Counted from the first letter of the stretch, positions 27,150 through 40,200 are shown. The stretch: 64,000 bases of DNA from Camelus ferus (GCF_009834535.1 NC_045707.1:58592001-58656000); one strand, 5' to 3'. Notes: generated by a model from the letters alone, not told the origin. Made by a program: numbers and translations.

Positions 27150-28275
27150 TTTTCTTAGTCCTTGCTCTCCGTAGTTCCCACATCCCTTTTTCTATCCAGA
27201 TCGCCCCCCTTCCCCAGGTCAGTTACATTCCCTTATTAGGGTGTCATGCGTAGTACATTACTGACCACCTGCATTTGATGACACCTTGTAATACATCCTC
27301 GATCTTTCTTCTAAACTCTTTCCATCTTCTATTAACTGAAACCCAACTTCCCCTTGATGCCTCCCAGTCTCTTATGTTCCTATAAAGGCAGAAGAACGAC
27401 TTAGCATATTGTCTGTTCCTCAAGGTGATAAACTCCCAGCACTTAGGCCACTTCCATTTTCTGTGCTGATGCTACTTAATTTTTCATCGTCACCAACAAC
27501 TTCTAGGATGGGTGTCCATCTCCCTCCACTGGCCTGTCCTGCGTTTTGTCAACATCCTTAGAGGCACTCCTCATGATTTTAACACCCCTTGATGATTCTC
27601 TGCCAATTGGCCCTCAGAATCCCTTCATTTCTTTGATTCTCTTGATGTTCACAATTATAGTTTGGGTTTCATCTCTGGGCTGTGCTCCACGTTCCATCCT
27701 AGACATGCCAAAATTTCTCTTTCAGGGTAGCCTTCTGTCTTCTTTTCTCTATAAATCTGTTCATTATTTTCTTCATTCACTACCCCTTCTAGTATGTGAT
27801 ACAGATACTGGTTTTATTTATCCAGTTGTTGAGCCTGAACCCCACAATATCTAGTTAATTACATGCTATTTCTATAGCATGTCATGCCGTCTTAAATATA
27901 CACCACATGTGCTTGCTAATCTTAACCCCTCTATGATAGCTGGCTATTTCTTGTCCCCTAAATATTAATAAAGTCTCAGTCATTCTCAGTTTATTAAAAA
28001 TGCACTTCATTGTCAACTTGGATGGGTCCTCTTTGACGTCTGAAAGTTCTTCTAGTCGTTTCTTCTGGACATACTACCAGGCTCCTCGTGGTAGCCTCAT
28101 CCTTTCATCTTGCCTGGCTAATTTACACTCCTTTCTAAAGCATAGCTCCAATATTTCCATTCTCTGAATTGCTTCCTGATCACTTCAACCATCTAGACTC
28201 TTTCTTCTTTGAATCTCAGTGCGTGTTGTCTCCTTGAGGACAAGAACACTGACTTTTCACTTCTCATTTCTCCAC
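27150..28275 (+). mobile_element. L2 LINE, highly decayed
   Basis: Pyrimidine-rich stretch ending in L2 3'-like tctccttgaggacaagaacactgacttttcac. Confidence 0.5.
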
Positions 28276-29749
28276 CAGGTGGAGGGGAACTCTCCATAGT
28301 ACTCTTTACAGGACAAAATAAGGGAGTGATGTTTCTGTCTTTTTGGCGTCCTCCCTCCCTCCATCCTCCCCAGGGGAGGAATGCCTGGCCCAACTGATAA
28401 ATTTGAGAGAAGGAATCAAGCCTGTGTGGCCCAGGGTGTCTGAGGTTCTTACTTTCTATCTGCTTGCCCAGAGAGGTGCATGCTTTTGGCTGTGCAGTGA
28501 ACTTACGGGGGGTACAGTCTGCACTTCCAGGGAGCATTGCAGATTTGAATTGTAAGCTCAATTCAAGGAACCATGTTGAGGGTACATACTCTAAGGCCCA
28601 CAGTGCAGTTAATATGCTCCCCAAAGCTACTGTTTTGATCTCTGTAGCTTGATTCCTCAGCCTACATCTCATATGGTTCTGGACTCTGGAGGAAAAAGAT
28701 AGGTATGCTCTCAACCAGTCCCCTTAAATCTTAAGAGTTGGTATGCGTTACATACCATGTCATTTTATTCCTTGGACATCTCTCTTACTAGCAGCATAAC
28801 TCCTTTTGTGAGGGCAAGAACTCTCACTGATCTGTAGTAGCATCTTGACACATATTCACTGAATTGAACTATGATCCCCATGTAAGAAAGGCATCTAGAA
28901 TTTGAAACTCTGTGTCGTCGTCAAATGATCACAGTATTTCCAAGGGAAGATGCTTCTGCCATACGCTTAAGAGAAAATAACAAATAATAAAGCAACAGAA
29001 AGAAGTATAGGATACATTATGGGTGTTCCAGAATCAAAACATTTAAAATGGAGAACTCTAATTCACTAGAAAATTGATAAATCCTAAGTAGTATGAATAG
29101 TATCTTTTAGCTCATAGATTTAATGCAGGGCATTCTACAGATCATCATACTAGATTGTGTGCATATGTAGCTAGTCCTATTATTTAGAAAAAAAATCTAG
29201 GAGAAAGCAAAACAAATAAATTACCAAAAATAACAATAACAGCGAAAAACTCACCAAAAAAGATCTAACTAATCTCTTCCAATTACTAAATCCTGTTTTA
29301 AAGAGACCTTAAAGTTACCTTAACCTCATCACACAGATATTTTCTTCATAATTTTTCACAATTTTATTCTGTTCTCAACAAATGTGTCAACACTTTAAAA
29401 AATGTTGCATTTTAAAAATGAAGTCTCAGTATACCTTAATTTCATTATCCAGTGTACACATTTTGTGCTTAAAAAATTATACAAGTGTCAAATCTGAGCA
29501 TTTAGTTCAAAGCATTTAGAATCATTTTTACAAGCAATAGTTGTAAAGCTCTGGGGAATTAAAACATTGCTGTAAATTTTAAAATGTCTACATCTCCATT
29601 TAGAAATGATTTAGGTACTTGGACTTCTGATTTTTCAATTTTGACAATATTTTTCTCTATTACAGAAATCAAGAGAAACAGGTTTGCATGGTGTAGTAAT
29701 AGATATACCTTACAAATAAATGATCTCTTGAAATCCTAGAAATCTTAAA

Positions 29750-29987
29750 AATTAGCATTTACTGAGCATTTATAATGTGAATTATTGTGATAGTAACTTC
29801 TTGGCACTCTATCACTTAATCCTCTTGTTAAAATAAGAGGGGAGACATTATATTACCCCTGTCCTTCAGATGAGGAGACTTAGGTTGGGAGAGACTAAAT
29901 AGTTTACTGAAGTCAACAGCTGGGAAGGAGCGTAGCCCAAGTCTAAACTCAGATGGTCCAGCTCCAGAGCCCGTGCTCCTAATCACT
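29750..29987 (-). mobile_element. MIR SINE (near full length)
   Basis: agcatttactgagcatt...cacttaatcctc...cagatgaggagacttagg...ctccagagcccgtgctcctaatcact. Confidence 0.9.
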
Positions 29988-30691
29988 CCTAACCCTTCTG
30001 CTGGAAGACCATGCAATGGTTTTGGAGATTAACCCTCTATGGAATGAACAGTTAAATTCTGGAGGGAATATATGAAATTAGCGGCAATTAATTCAAAAGA
30101 CCGGTTTTAGATACGGCATTGTGACTAACGTGAAGGTCAAATGAGTCTTCCTCTTCTTTGGTTATTTAGGAACAGTGAGAACCATCTTTGTTAATTATTG
30201 ATCTCCGCATGCTGCACTCCTTCTCAGAAACATAGATGGCAAATCCCAAAGCAGCTTTCAAAGACAGCTGCTCCATCTCACACTACCAGGAGGTCAAATC
30301 TGCTCGCAGCCTCGGCGAATGAGTTTCCCCCACCTTTGAGCTCTCTTCTTCCAGAGAGGCCTTTAAAATTCTACTTGCCTCACTGTGTCTGAGAAGCCTC
30401 TGAATTATTCTGCTCACAGATTCATGTGATAAAAATAAGCGGGTAGCTAAATAAGATTGTGTATAAGATTGTATGTATTTCTGTTGTTCCCTGAATAAGT
30501 TCTTATATGTGCTTTAGATTTTAAAACATTTTTTTCATACCATTTGTAACTTAAACTTTTAGAAGCCAGGACATAAACATTTTGCAGGAGTCCGCCAATG
30601 ACCAGTAGTACATTTAGTGCTCTTTATACAGCTTTATAGTCTATGTATAAAGTTGGCTCCTTTACTAACTGTTCTTGTGTGAATTTTTGGA

Positions 30692-31030
30692 GCCATAAAT
30701 GTTATCACTCACATGTGGAATCTAAAAAAATAAACAAATGAATTTAACAAAACAGAAACAGACTCACAGATGCAGAGAACAAACTAGTGGTTACCAGTGG
30801 GGAGAGGGGATGGGGAGAAAGGCAAAGTAGGGGTAGAGGATTAAAAGGTACGAACTACTATGTATAAAATAAATGAACTACAAGGATATATTGCATAGCT
30901 CAGGGAATATAGCCAATGCTATGTGATAACTTTAAAGAATATAAAAATATTGAATCACTATCTTTCACATCTTTGTAATACGATATTGTGAATTAACTGT
31001 ATTTCAATCAAAAAATAAAATTAAAAAGAA
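30692..31030 (+). mobile_element. 5'-truncated L1 3' end (cetartiodactyl type)
   Basis: atcactcacatgtggaatctaaaaaa...acagactcacagatgcagagaacaaactagtggttaccagtggggagagg...cagggaatatagccaat...A-rich tail. Confidence 0.92.
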
Positions 31031-31845
31031 TAAGAATTATTTAAAAACTATGGAGGCACTGACATTAGTGGGTTAATATCTGCAGAGATCTAAGGATAAC
31101 ATTTTTAAGAAAGACATTTGCAAATGCAGAAAATCACAGACTTCCTGCTGTCCCTTGATTCATCCATAATTTCCTTGGGACTCTCATTTAAAAGTATCTA
31201 CATTGTTGAAAATCCATTTAATTTCCCATTCACAAAGCATTCAACTGGTGATTGCTGCAAACAGGGAAAATTGCTGCTCAAGTATTCAAGATGCTTTGAA
31301 AGGAATATTGAAAAGTTTAAAGATGAGGGGACTAATAGCCCAAAAGGATATGGGAAAGCTGTTGAGAAACTTGACTGCTGATTATTATTGTTGAGATCAA
31401 GTTGAATTAGAAAATGGTATTTGCTAATTAAGGAAAAAAAATCTATCAATAATTAGCCTCTCATCTCATTTTTTTCTTATGCACATTTAGTAAACAATAG
31501 CTAGTTGTGACCTCAGAAATTACATCCTTGTTAACCTCAAATAACACGGTAATATATTCAAGCTCAAATACTTCTGAGGGCAAAGCACTAATCTGAAACA
31601 TTTCTTTCAATGAAAAAGGATTTAGAAAATTGTGTGCTCTTTTCTAACCATAAATACTCTACCTTGTCTTCCAAGTGACTATATTGAAAAAATTAAAAAT
31701 GTGAAAAAGAGGTGTCTTTGTTCTGGAAATACTAATGATTCACCAGTAAGAACCTGTAGTAGTCAGTAGGAAACAGAAAGAGCACGTAAATTTAGGGCAG
31801 GTTGTCCCATCTTTGCCAGATTGAAATAACATTTGTTGGGTTTAT

Positions 31846-32495
31846 TAAAATGGAAGATTCCTCTTCAAAAGTAGAACTACCATATGTTCTAGCAGTTCTA
31901 CTCCTGGGTATATGTCTAAAGAAAACAAAAATACTAATTCAAAAGGATACATGCACTTATTTACAATAGCAAAGATAATGGAGAGGGTTTCAAGATGGCA
32001 GAATAGAAGGATGTGGAGCTCCCCGTCTCCCACAAATACAATAGCCAAGATATGGAAGCAACCTAAATGTCCAGCAACAGGTGAACGGATAAAGAAGATG
32101 TGGTATATATATATATATATATACACACACACAATGGAATACTACTCAGCCGTAAAAAGAATGGAATTTTGCCATTTGCAGTAACATGAATGGACTTGGA
32201 TGGTGTCATGCTAAGTGTAGTAAGTCGGAGGAACATAAATACAATGTATCACTTATATGTGGCATCTAAAAGTTAAAACAAATGAATATAACAAAACAGA
32301 TAAGGGTAGGGGATCGAGAGGTACAAACTACTATGTCTAAAATAAATAAGCTTACAAGGATAGATTTTATAGCACAGGGAATACAGCCAACATTTTATAA
32401 TGACTTTAAATGGAATATAATCTATAAACACTTTGAATCACTGTGTTGTACACCTGAAACTAACATAATATTGTAAATCAAACAAAAAACAAAAT
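31846..32495 (+). mobile_element. 5'-truncated L1 (ORF2 C-terminus + 3' UTR), interrupted and internally deleted
   Basis: Translation contains TIAKIWKQPKCP...IKKMWYIY...TMEYYSAVKR (L1 ORF2 C-terminal motif); 3' UTR ends gaatcactgtgttgtacacctgaaactaacataatattgtaaatcaa. Confidence 0.95.
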
Positions 32496-32687
32496 AGTAT
32501 TGAACATAAAAATTTCATGTAAATTCTAATCTCTAAAGCTTTTTTAAATGGAAAAATTTCTAGCAGGTGTGGTAAGCAAATGGAATGAATCTGGTAAAAT
32601 AACAGCCCCCCCAACATTTGATATAAGTTTCTAATAAACTTTTAATGTTTGTGGATTTTTTAAAAAGCTGTAATTTTATAGATTATA

Positions 32688-32776
32688 CAGATAAAAAGAG
32701 CAAACTAGTGGTTGTCAGTGAGGAGAGGGAAGGGGTTTAGAAAGGAGGTATGGTATTAAGAAGTTGAAAAAAAAAT
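32688..32776 (+). mobile_element. Short L1 3' UTR fragment
   Basis: cagataaaaagagcaaactagtggttgtcagtgaggagagggaagggg...ggtattaagaag, similar to 30767-30850. Confidence 0.7.
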
Positions 32777-32799
32777 GAAGATGCACACTTACTAAACTT

Positions 32800-32970
32800 A
32801 CTGTTTACTAACTGAATTCCAAGCATTTGTATGGCACAGTTTGGGCCACGTTCGTTCATTATAATGCTGAATCCTCACAACAACCCAGTGAGTTAGAATT
32901 TTCCCCATGTACAGATGAAGAAACTGAGGCTTAGTGAGATAATTTGACAGCTGTCACTCAAGTAAGATCT
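32800..32970 (-). mobile_element. MIR SINE remnant
   Basis: aatcctcacaacaaccc...ccccatgtacagatgaagaaactgaggctt. Confidence 0.9.
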
Positions 32971-33413
32971 CATAGACTCTACTAAGCTCTCTGTCTAATC
33001 ACGAGAAGACTAACAACTGTGTATCTGTTAGACCTTAACATGATGTCTTCCTAATTCCTCGTGTTTTAATTCCAATTTACTGGACCTTAGGGAATGTATA
33101 GCTACAAATATTTTGAACCTGATATTTTAGTCTTTTAATATTTATAGTTTGTAAAAATAAAGACCAGTTTCTACATAGTAGGCTCAAAACTACAAGTATT
33201 GAGTAGGGTCAATTCAATAACACTGGCCTGGTACAAGTCTTTTGACATTCATTTTGTGCTTCATATTATGAAATCTTGAAGTTTCCCAAATGAATAAGCT
33301 TGTTGAAGGAAGGGAGGAAATAACCATTTGCACTCTTTTGTAGTATGCATTTCAACTTCAACTTCAAAAAAATTCTTTTACATCTTGTATAAAGGAATGC
33401 CTTACTTTTCTTG

Positions 33414-33508
33414 AAATGGTAGGCTCTTAAAGGCAAGGTCATATCCAATATTTCTCTGTCCTCTCCATAGGGACACTGAGATGGTCACTTGATAGGTACT
33501 CAATGAAG
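33414..33508 (+). mobile_element. L2 3'-end remnant
   Basis: ggtaggctcttaaaggcaagg...tggtcacttgataggtactcaat. Confidence 0.55.
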
Positions 33509-33879
33509 AACTCACTTCAGTTGCCTAGCCTTTCTAAATAGATATTCAAATCAAACAATTAACTTTGTTAGAATACCATTATTTTAACGTCACTGTGTTT
33601 AATAAATAACCACTTGAAGAACAGTAGACCAATATGGTGCTTCAGTGTTGATGGAAGACTTTCTTACAGATTTGATTTTGTTTGAAGGTGATTTACAGAC
33701 CAGCACTGGGCTAGACATGATTTTACTTATTTTACATATAGAAAAATGAGACTCACTTTTAAATGATTTGTTCAAAGGAATACAGTGAGAAAGATTAAGA
33801 TTTTTCCAACACTGGGCACAAGTGTCTGTCTACTGTGCCAAACCTGTCTCTAAAAAGCCACCCCCTACAAACCAAATAG

Positions 33880-33975
33880 CAGTTGTATAGCATCTGTGGT
33901 GCTTTAATGTACATTATCTCATTTGATCCTGACAAGACCCAGGGAGGTATAGGTATTTTTATGCCTATTTAGATT
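33880..33975 (-). mobile_element. MIR remnant
   Basis: acattatctcatttgatcctgacaagaccc...gaggtataggtattttta. Confidence 0.65.
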
Positions 33976-36589
33976 CAGTTGGATTTCTAAAACTGGAAGA
34001 ACATTATCACCCAGGATTCAGGGCTGTTTGTGATGCTATTGAATCATTACTAGGGTATCGTAAAAATAAGATTAAATGAAATTTTGGTCTAAAGAGATGA
34101 CCTAGATGGCTATTCAACACTCTATCTTTTTCTTCCTAAAATACTCTTCTTTAGCATAGCATCTCTGTCTCCCAGGTAGCCTCTGTGGTACATGTCAGTA
34201 CAAAGCTCGGTCTTCCCTGCATAGAGTATGAAGACACCACTGTTAACATCAGCTATTGGATGCTATTCTACGCACGGCATTAACCTTTCTGTTCATTATT
34301 GATGTATTCTATTTGCAATTTTTATGGTAGAACTGACCACAACTGAAATAGAGAAAAAAAAAAAAAGAAGAAAAACTAATGATCAGCAGAACTTTTTATA
34401 GACTCTGACAACAGATAAATATTTCAAAATTCTAAGTTGCCTTCTGAGAAGTTATTTGTATTAAAATGGTGCTTTGTGAAAACAGGTTGCATGGCTCTTA
34501 AGCTGCAGAAAATATAAAAATGTAACCTTTTTCTATAAATACAATTCCATGTTTTGATAATCAAATGTTGGAACTCTTAAGGGGATGAATTTGGTATAAT
34601 ATCCAATTTTGATTGTCTTTGGTTTTCCATTTCCATTCGAAAAGAAAGGATAATGATTTCTCATAAAAAGTAAAATGTTTTTGTGTTAGAAGTCAGGTAC
34701 TCAAAATGAGAAAAGGTATGGAAAACTTTATAAATTCAGTGGGTGAACTTTTAGTAAGTAATTAGATTTTAGCCTGAAGCAGCTAAAAAAAAGTTTCCCA
34801 TAATATAACTGTTTCAAAGAAAATGTGCTTTGGCGCTCATCCTATTGTGTACATTTAGTATGTATCTTTATAAACAATGAAGAAGGTTGACAATTCAGTT
34901 GCCATTTAATGTGTCCTTGTTAGCTCATAGAATAGGCTAGCAAAAGATTATGTTGTGTTCCAAGGATTTAAAAAAAGCAGATTAATATTCACTTCTTTAG
35001 GAATGGAAGTCAGGTCTTCAAATTGCAAGTGCTTGATGATAAAAGCTCTTGAGTTATTATAAGGATAAATAATTTGTTCCAAATTGCCATCTTCCACTGC
35101 AATCAAGATAAATTTCTTAGGCGTCTGTTCAAAGGATAAATTTTCAGTGAAACACATTTTAATAGAAGAGTCAGCACAGCACAACTATCATACAAAATCA
35201 GCAACCATCTCTTCTGTATCTCAAAAGATAAAGAACATTAGAAAATTTGGAATAAGTTTAGTGAACAAAACCTTTCCAATACTCTCCTACATCTGAGCTA
35301 GGATAGTGTCCAGCCCACAAAAATAGCACTTCTGTTTGTGATGAATCCTCTCAAGCTACAAAGATGTAATAAATGTGGCTATTTAAATATCATGTAAGCT
35401 ATATAACTGATCAACAGAGATTTTTTTCCCACTACTGTTCAATTACAATTTTCAACCATGAGTGACATAAAAAAAGTTATAAATGCAGCAAAAATACCCG
35501 CCTCCCCAAATTTCCCTTAAATGGGCTTAGGTGATATTTGTCTAAGGAAAATTACATTTCTAAACACAAATGGAATATTCTTGAGCAAAAAATAAATTGA
35601 AGATGATGAAAAACTATCATTGCTGTCCTCCCATTTCCACAAGGATCCAGATACAACATTCTTTAGCACCTACCTCTTCCCAGAATTTGTGCCCAGTTCC
35701 TTTACAAAAGGCTAATGATAGTCAGAAGGGCACCCCTCTAGATACACGCCTTTTGCTTTATATCAAAGCCTTGACAAGTGAAGGGTTTAGGGCACATCTC
35801 CATCCATATTCCTCCCAGGGTTCTGTGGTGTCACCATTTCCCTCTGTGCATTTGCCATTTCTCATTTCTTAAATGTAAAAACTTGAATATTTCTTGATTC
35901 ACTTAAAAATTAAATTTGAGTCGAATCCATCCACTTTCCAAAGCAAATGATGCCTGTTACTATGTCTCCTCTCGTGAGGAATGAGTATTTTGATATATTA
36001 CAAAATTGCTAAATATGAAATTCCCAAAGATAAAACAATTAAAATCAATTAAAAATCAATTAAAATTTTTTAAATGGAAAGTTTTCCCTAGCATTTTAAC
36101 TTCCCATCTTCTCTTAACAAATCTGAAGATTTGGCAACACTAGACTTTGAAGGATGGCCACTTTTCTAGATGGGGCTTTTACTCTCCATTTGGCTGCAGT
36201 CCTCACCATTCTCTACTGTCCTCAGTACTAAATGCAAGCATCGTTTGCTCTTGTCACATTACATTGTGGTTTTCTCATGGTCGAGAAATACTTGTCTCCA
36301 TGTTTAAATCAAAAGTGAGAAAAATGAAAACAGAGTAAGAGGATCCCATTTTTTAAGAAAAACTTTTTCTGTAGAAGCGAAGAATATACTTTCATAATCC
36401 AAAGAAGGGTGTTGATGTCCAAAGCATACAATTCAAGATACCATTAGGGACAGATCCAGCTCGAGTGTCTCAAACACATTATTTGCTTGTGTCCCCTGTA
36501 AGCATCTGGATGTGGTGCGGGTGCTCTATAAAGGAGAGGAGCAATCTTTGATGATTACCGAAGGTGGGCTTGGTGTGGGCTGGGGGTGC

Positions 36590-36795
36590 GTTAGGAAGCA
36601 TGAGGACTTTGAAGCAAGAGCCTTAGATTCATATCCCCGCTCAGCCACTTCCTGGTTGTGTGACCCTGGGAAAGCTCCTAAACCTCAAGATCTTCCTTGT
36701 TTGTAAAATGGAGATTTGAGAATCTATTATGCAGTTATTTAAAAGTTTTATAAATAGCAGATGTAAAATGTCTCCTACGTACAGGCATTCAATCA
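36590..36795 (+). mobile_element. MIR SINE
   Basis: tcagccacttcctggttgtgtgaccctgggaaag...cttccttgtttgtaaaatggagat. Confidence 0.85.
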
Positions 36796-37811
36796 GTCAT
36801 AGTCGTTTTAGTTTCTTATGAAATAATCTTACTTAGTATAAGATGGAACTACTACTTCCACTTAAATGTAACTTACTTCACGGTCTCGTGGCTGAGTTGT
36901 CTCTACCATCCCTTTATGTTTCCCCCTTGGCTGTCTTCTATGCTACAGCAGCAACTTTGAGTGTGAATAGATGACTCTCAGATTTATGTCTCGAGATCTG
37001 ACTCATCTCCAGAAATACAGACTATGCATTTCAGACCCCTCTTACATCATTTCCACTTACATATCCTGGCAGCACTTTGAACACAGCACATCTAGAATCG
37101 AATTTTTTTCTCCTCCCCAACCAAGCTGCTGCATCTCTTAACTTCCCATATCACCTAATGGAGCCATCTCCCTCCCAATCCTTAAGGGTGATCAATAGCA
37201 AGACCCAGAAATTCTACCTTCATAGGGCGTCTTGAATCCTTCTCCTTTCATTTCCTGCTAATGCCTTCCCCTGGTTCAAGCCAACATCACTTCTTGGCAA
37301 GACTGGTGACTCCATCCACTTCCATGGTGTCACTAACCACATCACTTGAATGCTTCCTAAACCCATTTCTCTAGCCCTGACCTCTTTTCTAAACAGGAGC
37401 CAGGCACTGATTCTAACTACCTGCTGACATCTCCACGGGTACGTCCTATCTTTATTTCAACCTCAGCATATTCAAGGCCAAACTCATGATGCCACAGCCC
37501 AATATTCTCTTTTTATGCTTTTGGACTTAAAGACATTTCCATATCAGACATCTTAGGCATTTTATGGTTATCCTTAACGCTCCTTCCCTCTTTCTGCATT
37601 CAGCAGCACAACAAAGGCCAATGATTCTATTTTTAAAATGTCTTATATCTAATATCATTCTTTCTCCTAGTCACTACTGCCATTTATTCTCAACATCTCT
37701 GGTATATTTCTATATGCCAACATTCAGTAGTGTTTGTTCAATGAATTTATGTTCTCATTTACTCAGTAACTGGGACCAGTAATTAAACCTACTTTTGTTT
37801 GGGTCATTATA

Positions 37812-37979
37812 CCATATTTCATAGATTCTAAGATGCTCTCACTTCTACATTTTAACATCTGTGATATTGGAATGCATTTTCAGATTGATGGTGTTTAATT
37901 GGAAGCCTTTTTATTCCTTAGTATTTCTTGAAATCATGAATTTTAAAATTGATGGTGTCTTGGATTTGATGAAACATGC
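37812..37979 (+). mobile_element. MER104-like (TcMar-Tc2) MITE
   Basis: Decayed terminal inverted repeats ccatatttcatagattctaagatgc / gtgtcttggatttgatgaaacatg, flanking TA dinucleotides; internal acattttaacatct...gtttaattggaagc matches MER104 as recalled. Confidence 0.8.
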
Positions 37980-38519
37980 TAATGGTTTTCTGAATACTTT
38001 CCCAGGCTCTCTGTTTCATCTCTGTTTTATCCCTCCCCAGTGTTTTTTGTTTTTTTTTTTTTTGTGTAATCAGTAGCCAGAACAAAATGCTGAATATGGT
38101 ATCTTTGCATAATCCCTAAACCTATCTAATTTCCACATTTTACTTTTTCCATTATTTGATCAGACTCCACCAGACTGTACTTCAACTTAATGTTTACTTC
38201 TCCTTCCCTACTTGGGAAATCTTTGCTGTCTCTTTATTGTTTGTAGGCTAAAAATTCAAGCTTCCTCAGCATAACATAAAAGGCCCTTCCCCGTTTGGTC
38301 CTAATGCAATTTCCCTGCCTTTCTTCATTTCTCCTACACACTTTAAATGCCATTTTCACAGACTTACCAATGTTCCCTGAAAAGACTGTCATGCCTCAGT
38401 ATGTGCTGTATGGTTTTGCCTTGAAAGACTGTTCTTTGACTAAATTCAACCTATCTTTTAGAGTTCAGTTCTGGATCCCCTGGAGTGTAGTCACTCTCTT
38501 TTTTTTTTTTTGTGCTCTG

Positions 38520-38932
38520 TAGCCAGGGTGTTGAAATTTGGACTCTGGAGCCAGGCTGCCTTAGCTCCAGTACCTACCAGCTTGATAAATCAGCCTGTCT
38601 GAGCCTCATTTTCTCCATCAGTAAAATGGGGATAGTAACAGCAACTACTTAAAAAGGTTGTTGGGAAAATTCTTTTGAATCAATCCATTTAAATCACTTA
38701 GAGGAGGATAGCTCAGTGGTAGAGCTCATGCTTAGCGTGCATGAGGTCCTAGGTTCAATCCCCAGTAGCTCCATTAAATAAACAAACAAACAAACAAACA
38801 AACAAACAAACAAACCGAATTACCTCCCTCCTGCCAAGAAAAAAAAAAAAGGAAAAGCTAATGCAAAAAAGAAATGCATTAAAAAAAATCACAGAGTTTC
38901 AGGGTCATAATGTCATAATAAAGCAACTGTTT
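38520..38932 (+). mobile_element. MIR SINE split by a younger SINE
   Basis: ggactctggagccaggctgcc...tctgagcctcattttctccatcagtaaaatggggatag...; tail-like sequence resumes after 38890. Confidence 0.8.
38701..38888 (+). mobile_element. tRNA-Ala-derived SINE (camelid Vic-1-like)
   Basis: A box tagctcagtgg, AGC anticodon region gcttagc, B box ggttcaatcc, then (AAAC)n, aattacctccc and A-rich tail; aaatcac on both flanks (decayed TSD). Confidence 0.9.
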
Positions 38933-39999
38933 TTAGTATAATGCCCTATAATTATTTGCCTCCCCAATTAAGGAGTAACTTTTGCCTTGAAGGAAGAATG
39001 TTCTGTTTTTCTTTTCCATCTTCAATCCCCCAACTTCATTCCTGACACATGTCTGCACTCTGTACATACTTAATGAATGGTGCCATAAGATAAACATTGA
39101 ATAGAAGCACAAATTTATCTATGTGGCCAAATGGGTAAGTTAGTTTTTGATCAGATTTCATGTACAGAGAGAGATAAACACATTTAGAGTTTCATTTAAG
39201 TGGGGGCTTTCTTGTCACCCACTATTTCTAATAGGAAGTCTTCAAATAGTAGTGGGACCGAGGGTCTGTCTGAAGTAGCTATTTTGGTTCTCTCGCTTCC
39301 TGCCAGTCTGTCTTTTGCAGTTTTAATTGCTCACAGAGCATATACCTGGTGTCATAACCCCAACCAGCCACATCAATGCAAACGGTGAGGAGAGTCGTGC
39401 CTATAGAATACCCTGCTTTTAAAGGTCTCAGCTAAAAGGTTCCCTTGCATAAAACTGCAAGCCATTCACTTGGTCTTGTGGAACAGCTTGCCTGACAGTG
39501 GGAAGGACAAAGTCCTAAGTACAGCAGGGTGAAGAGATGGCAGGATGGCCACACCTCGTGATCGGGCTAGTGGTCCTGCTTGCATCTTCCTCTGACCCCT
39601 CTCCCTTTTCTTCCTCTCCGTCAACCTGTCTCTCTCTCCTGTCTGAGCCAATCTTGGAGGTTATGCTTTGGACGCCTCGTGCCTGTCTTGGGGAGGGGGA
39701 AAGATGAGCTGGAAGTGTTTCTTGTGGCAGTGGGCTGTAAGCCTTGCCCAGCAGCCATCTAATCTGCACTTTAGGTTGTGTTTGATTTTTACTATTTTTT
39801 ATCAAATACATGAACAAATGAATTAAACTGAATAGCCCGTATTTTTCATGCAGTTTGGGGTGAACACAGACTTTGAAGGCAGATGACCTCAAAGCATTGG
39901 ACGCACATACAAATAAGGACCCTATAAAAGCAAAAGGTGTATCAAATGAGTACCTAGTGGTTTTCCCTGATAAAAATGAGGCCACGTAGACTTGTGAAC

Positions 40000-40200
40000 T
40001 GTTAATGGGCTTTATGGTCAGACAGACCTATCTGAATTGGCCTCACAGTTCTGCTATTTCATTTTGTAAAACCCTATTGAGTCTTGGTTTTGTTATCTGT
40101 AAAAAGAAGAGTAATAGATCCATCTTCCCCAAGGTTGTTCTTGGTATGAGGTGATATTTGTAACATACTTGGCACTCAGTACTTGATGTAGGTATATAAT
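40000..40200 (+). mobile_element. MIR SINE remnant
   Basis: gggctttatggtcagacagacct...atctgtaaaaag...aaggttgtt...acttggcac. Confidence 0.7.

Larger units (their letters stand above)
36945..39082 (+). mobile_element. L2 fragments (at least two elements) interrupted by MER104, MIR and a SINE
   Basis: gatgactctcagatttat...; ccctgacctcttttct...ctacctgctgacatctccac...; ggctaaaaattcaagcttcctcagc; 3' tail ...cctgacacat...acttaatgaatg. Confidence 0.7.

Noticed and set aside
28193..28714. Longest ORF (173 aa, minus)
   Set aside because: No recognisable domain, composition typical of random non-coding translation, and its end overlaps L2-like sequence.
31912..32184. ORF with protein-like motif WKQPKCP
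   Set aside because: Decayed L1 ORF2 C-terminus, not a host gene.
38701..38772. Possible tRNA-Ala(AGC) gene
   Set aside because: Followed by the SINE body and A-rich tail and inserted in a MIR, so it is a tRNA-derived SINE.
39515..39985. 156-aa minus ORF
   Set aside because: No homology recognised; partly driven by a CT-rich tract.
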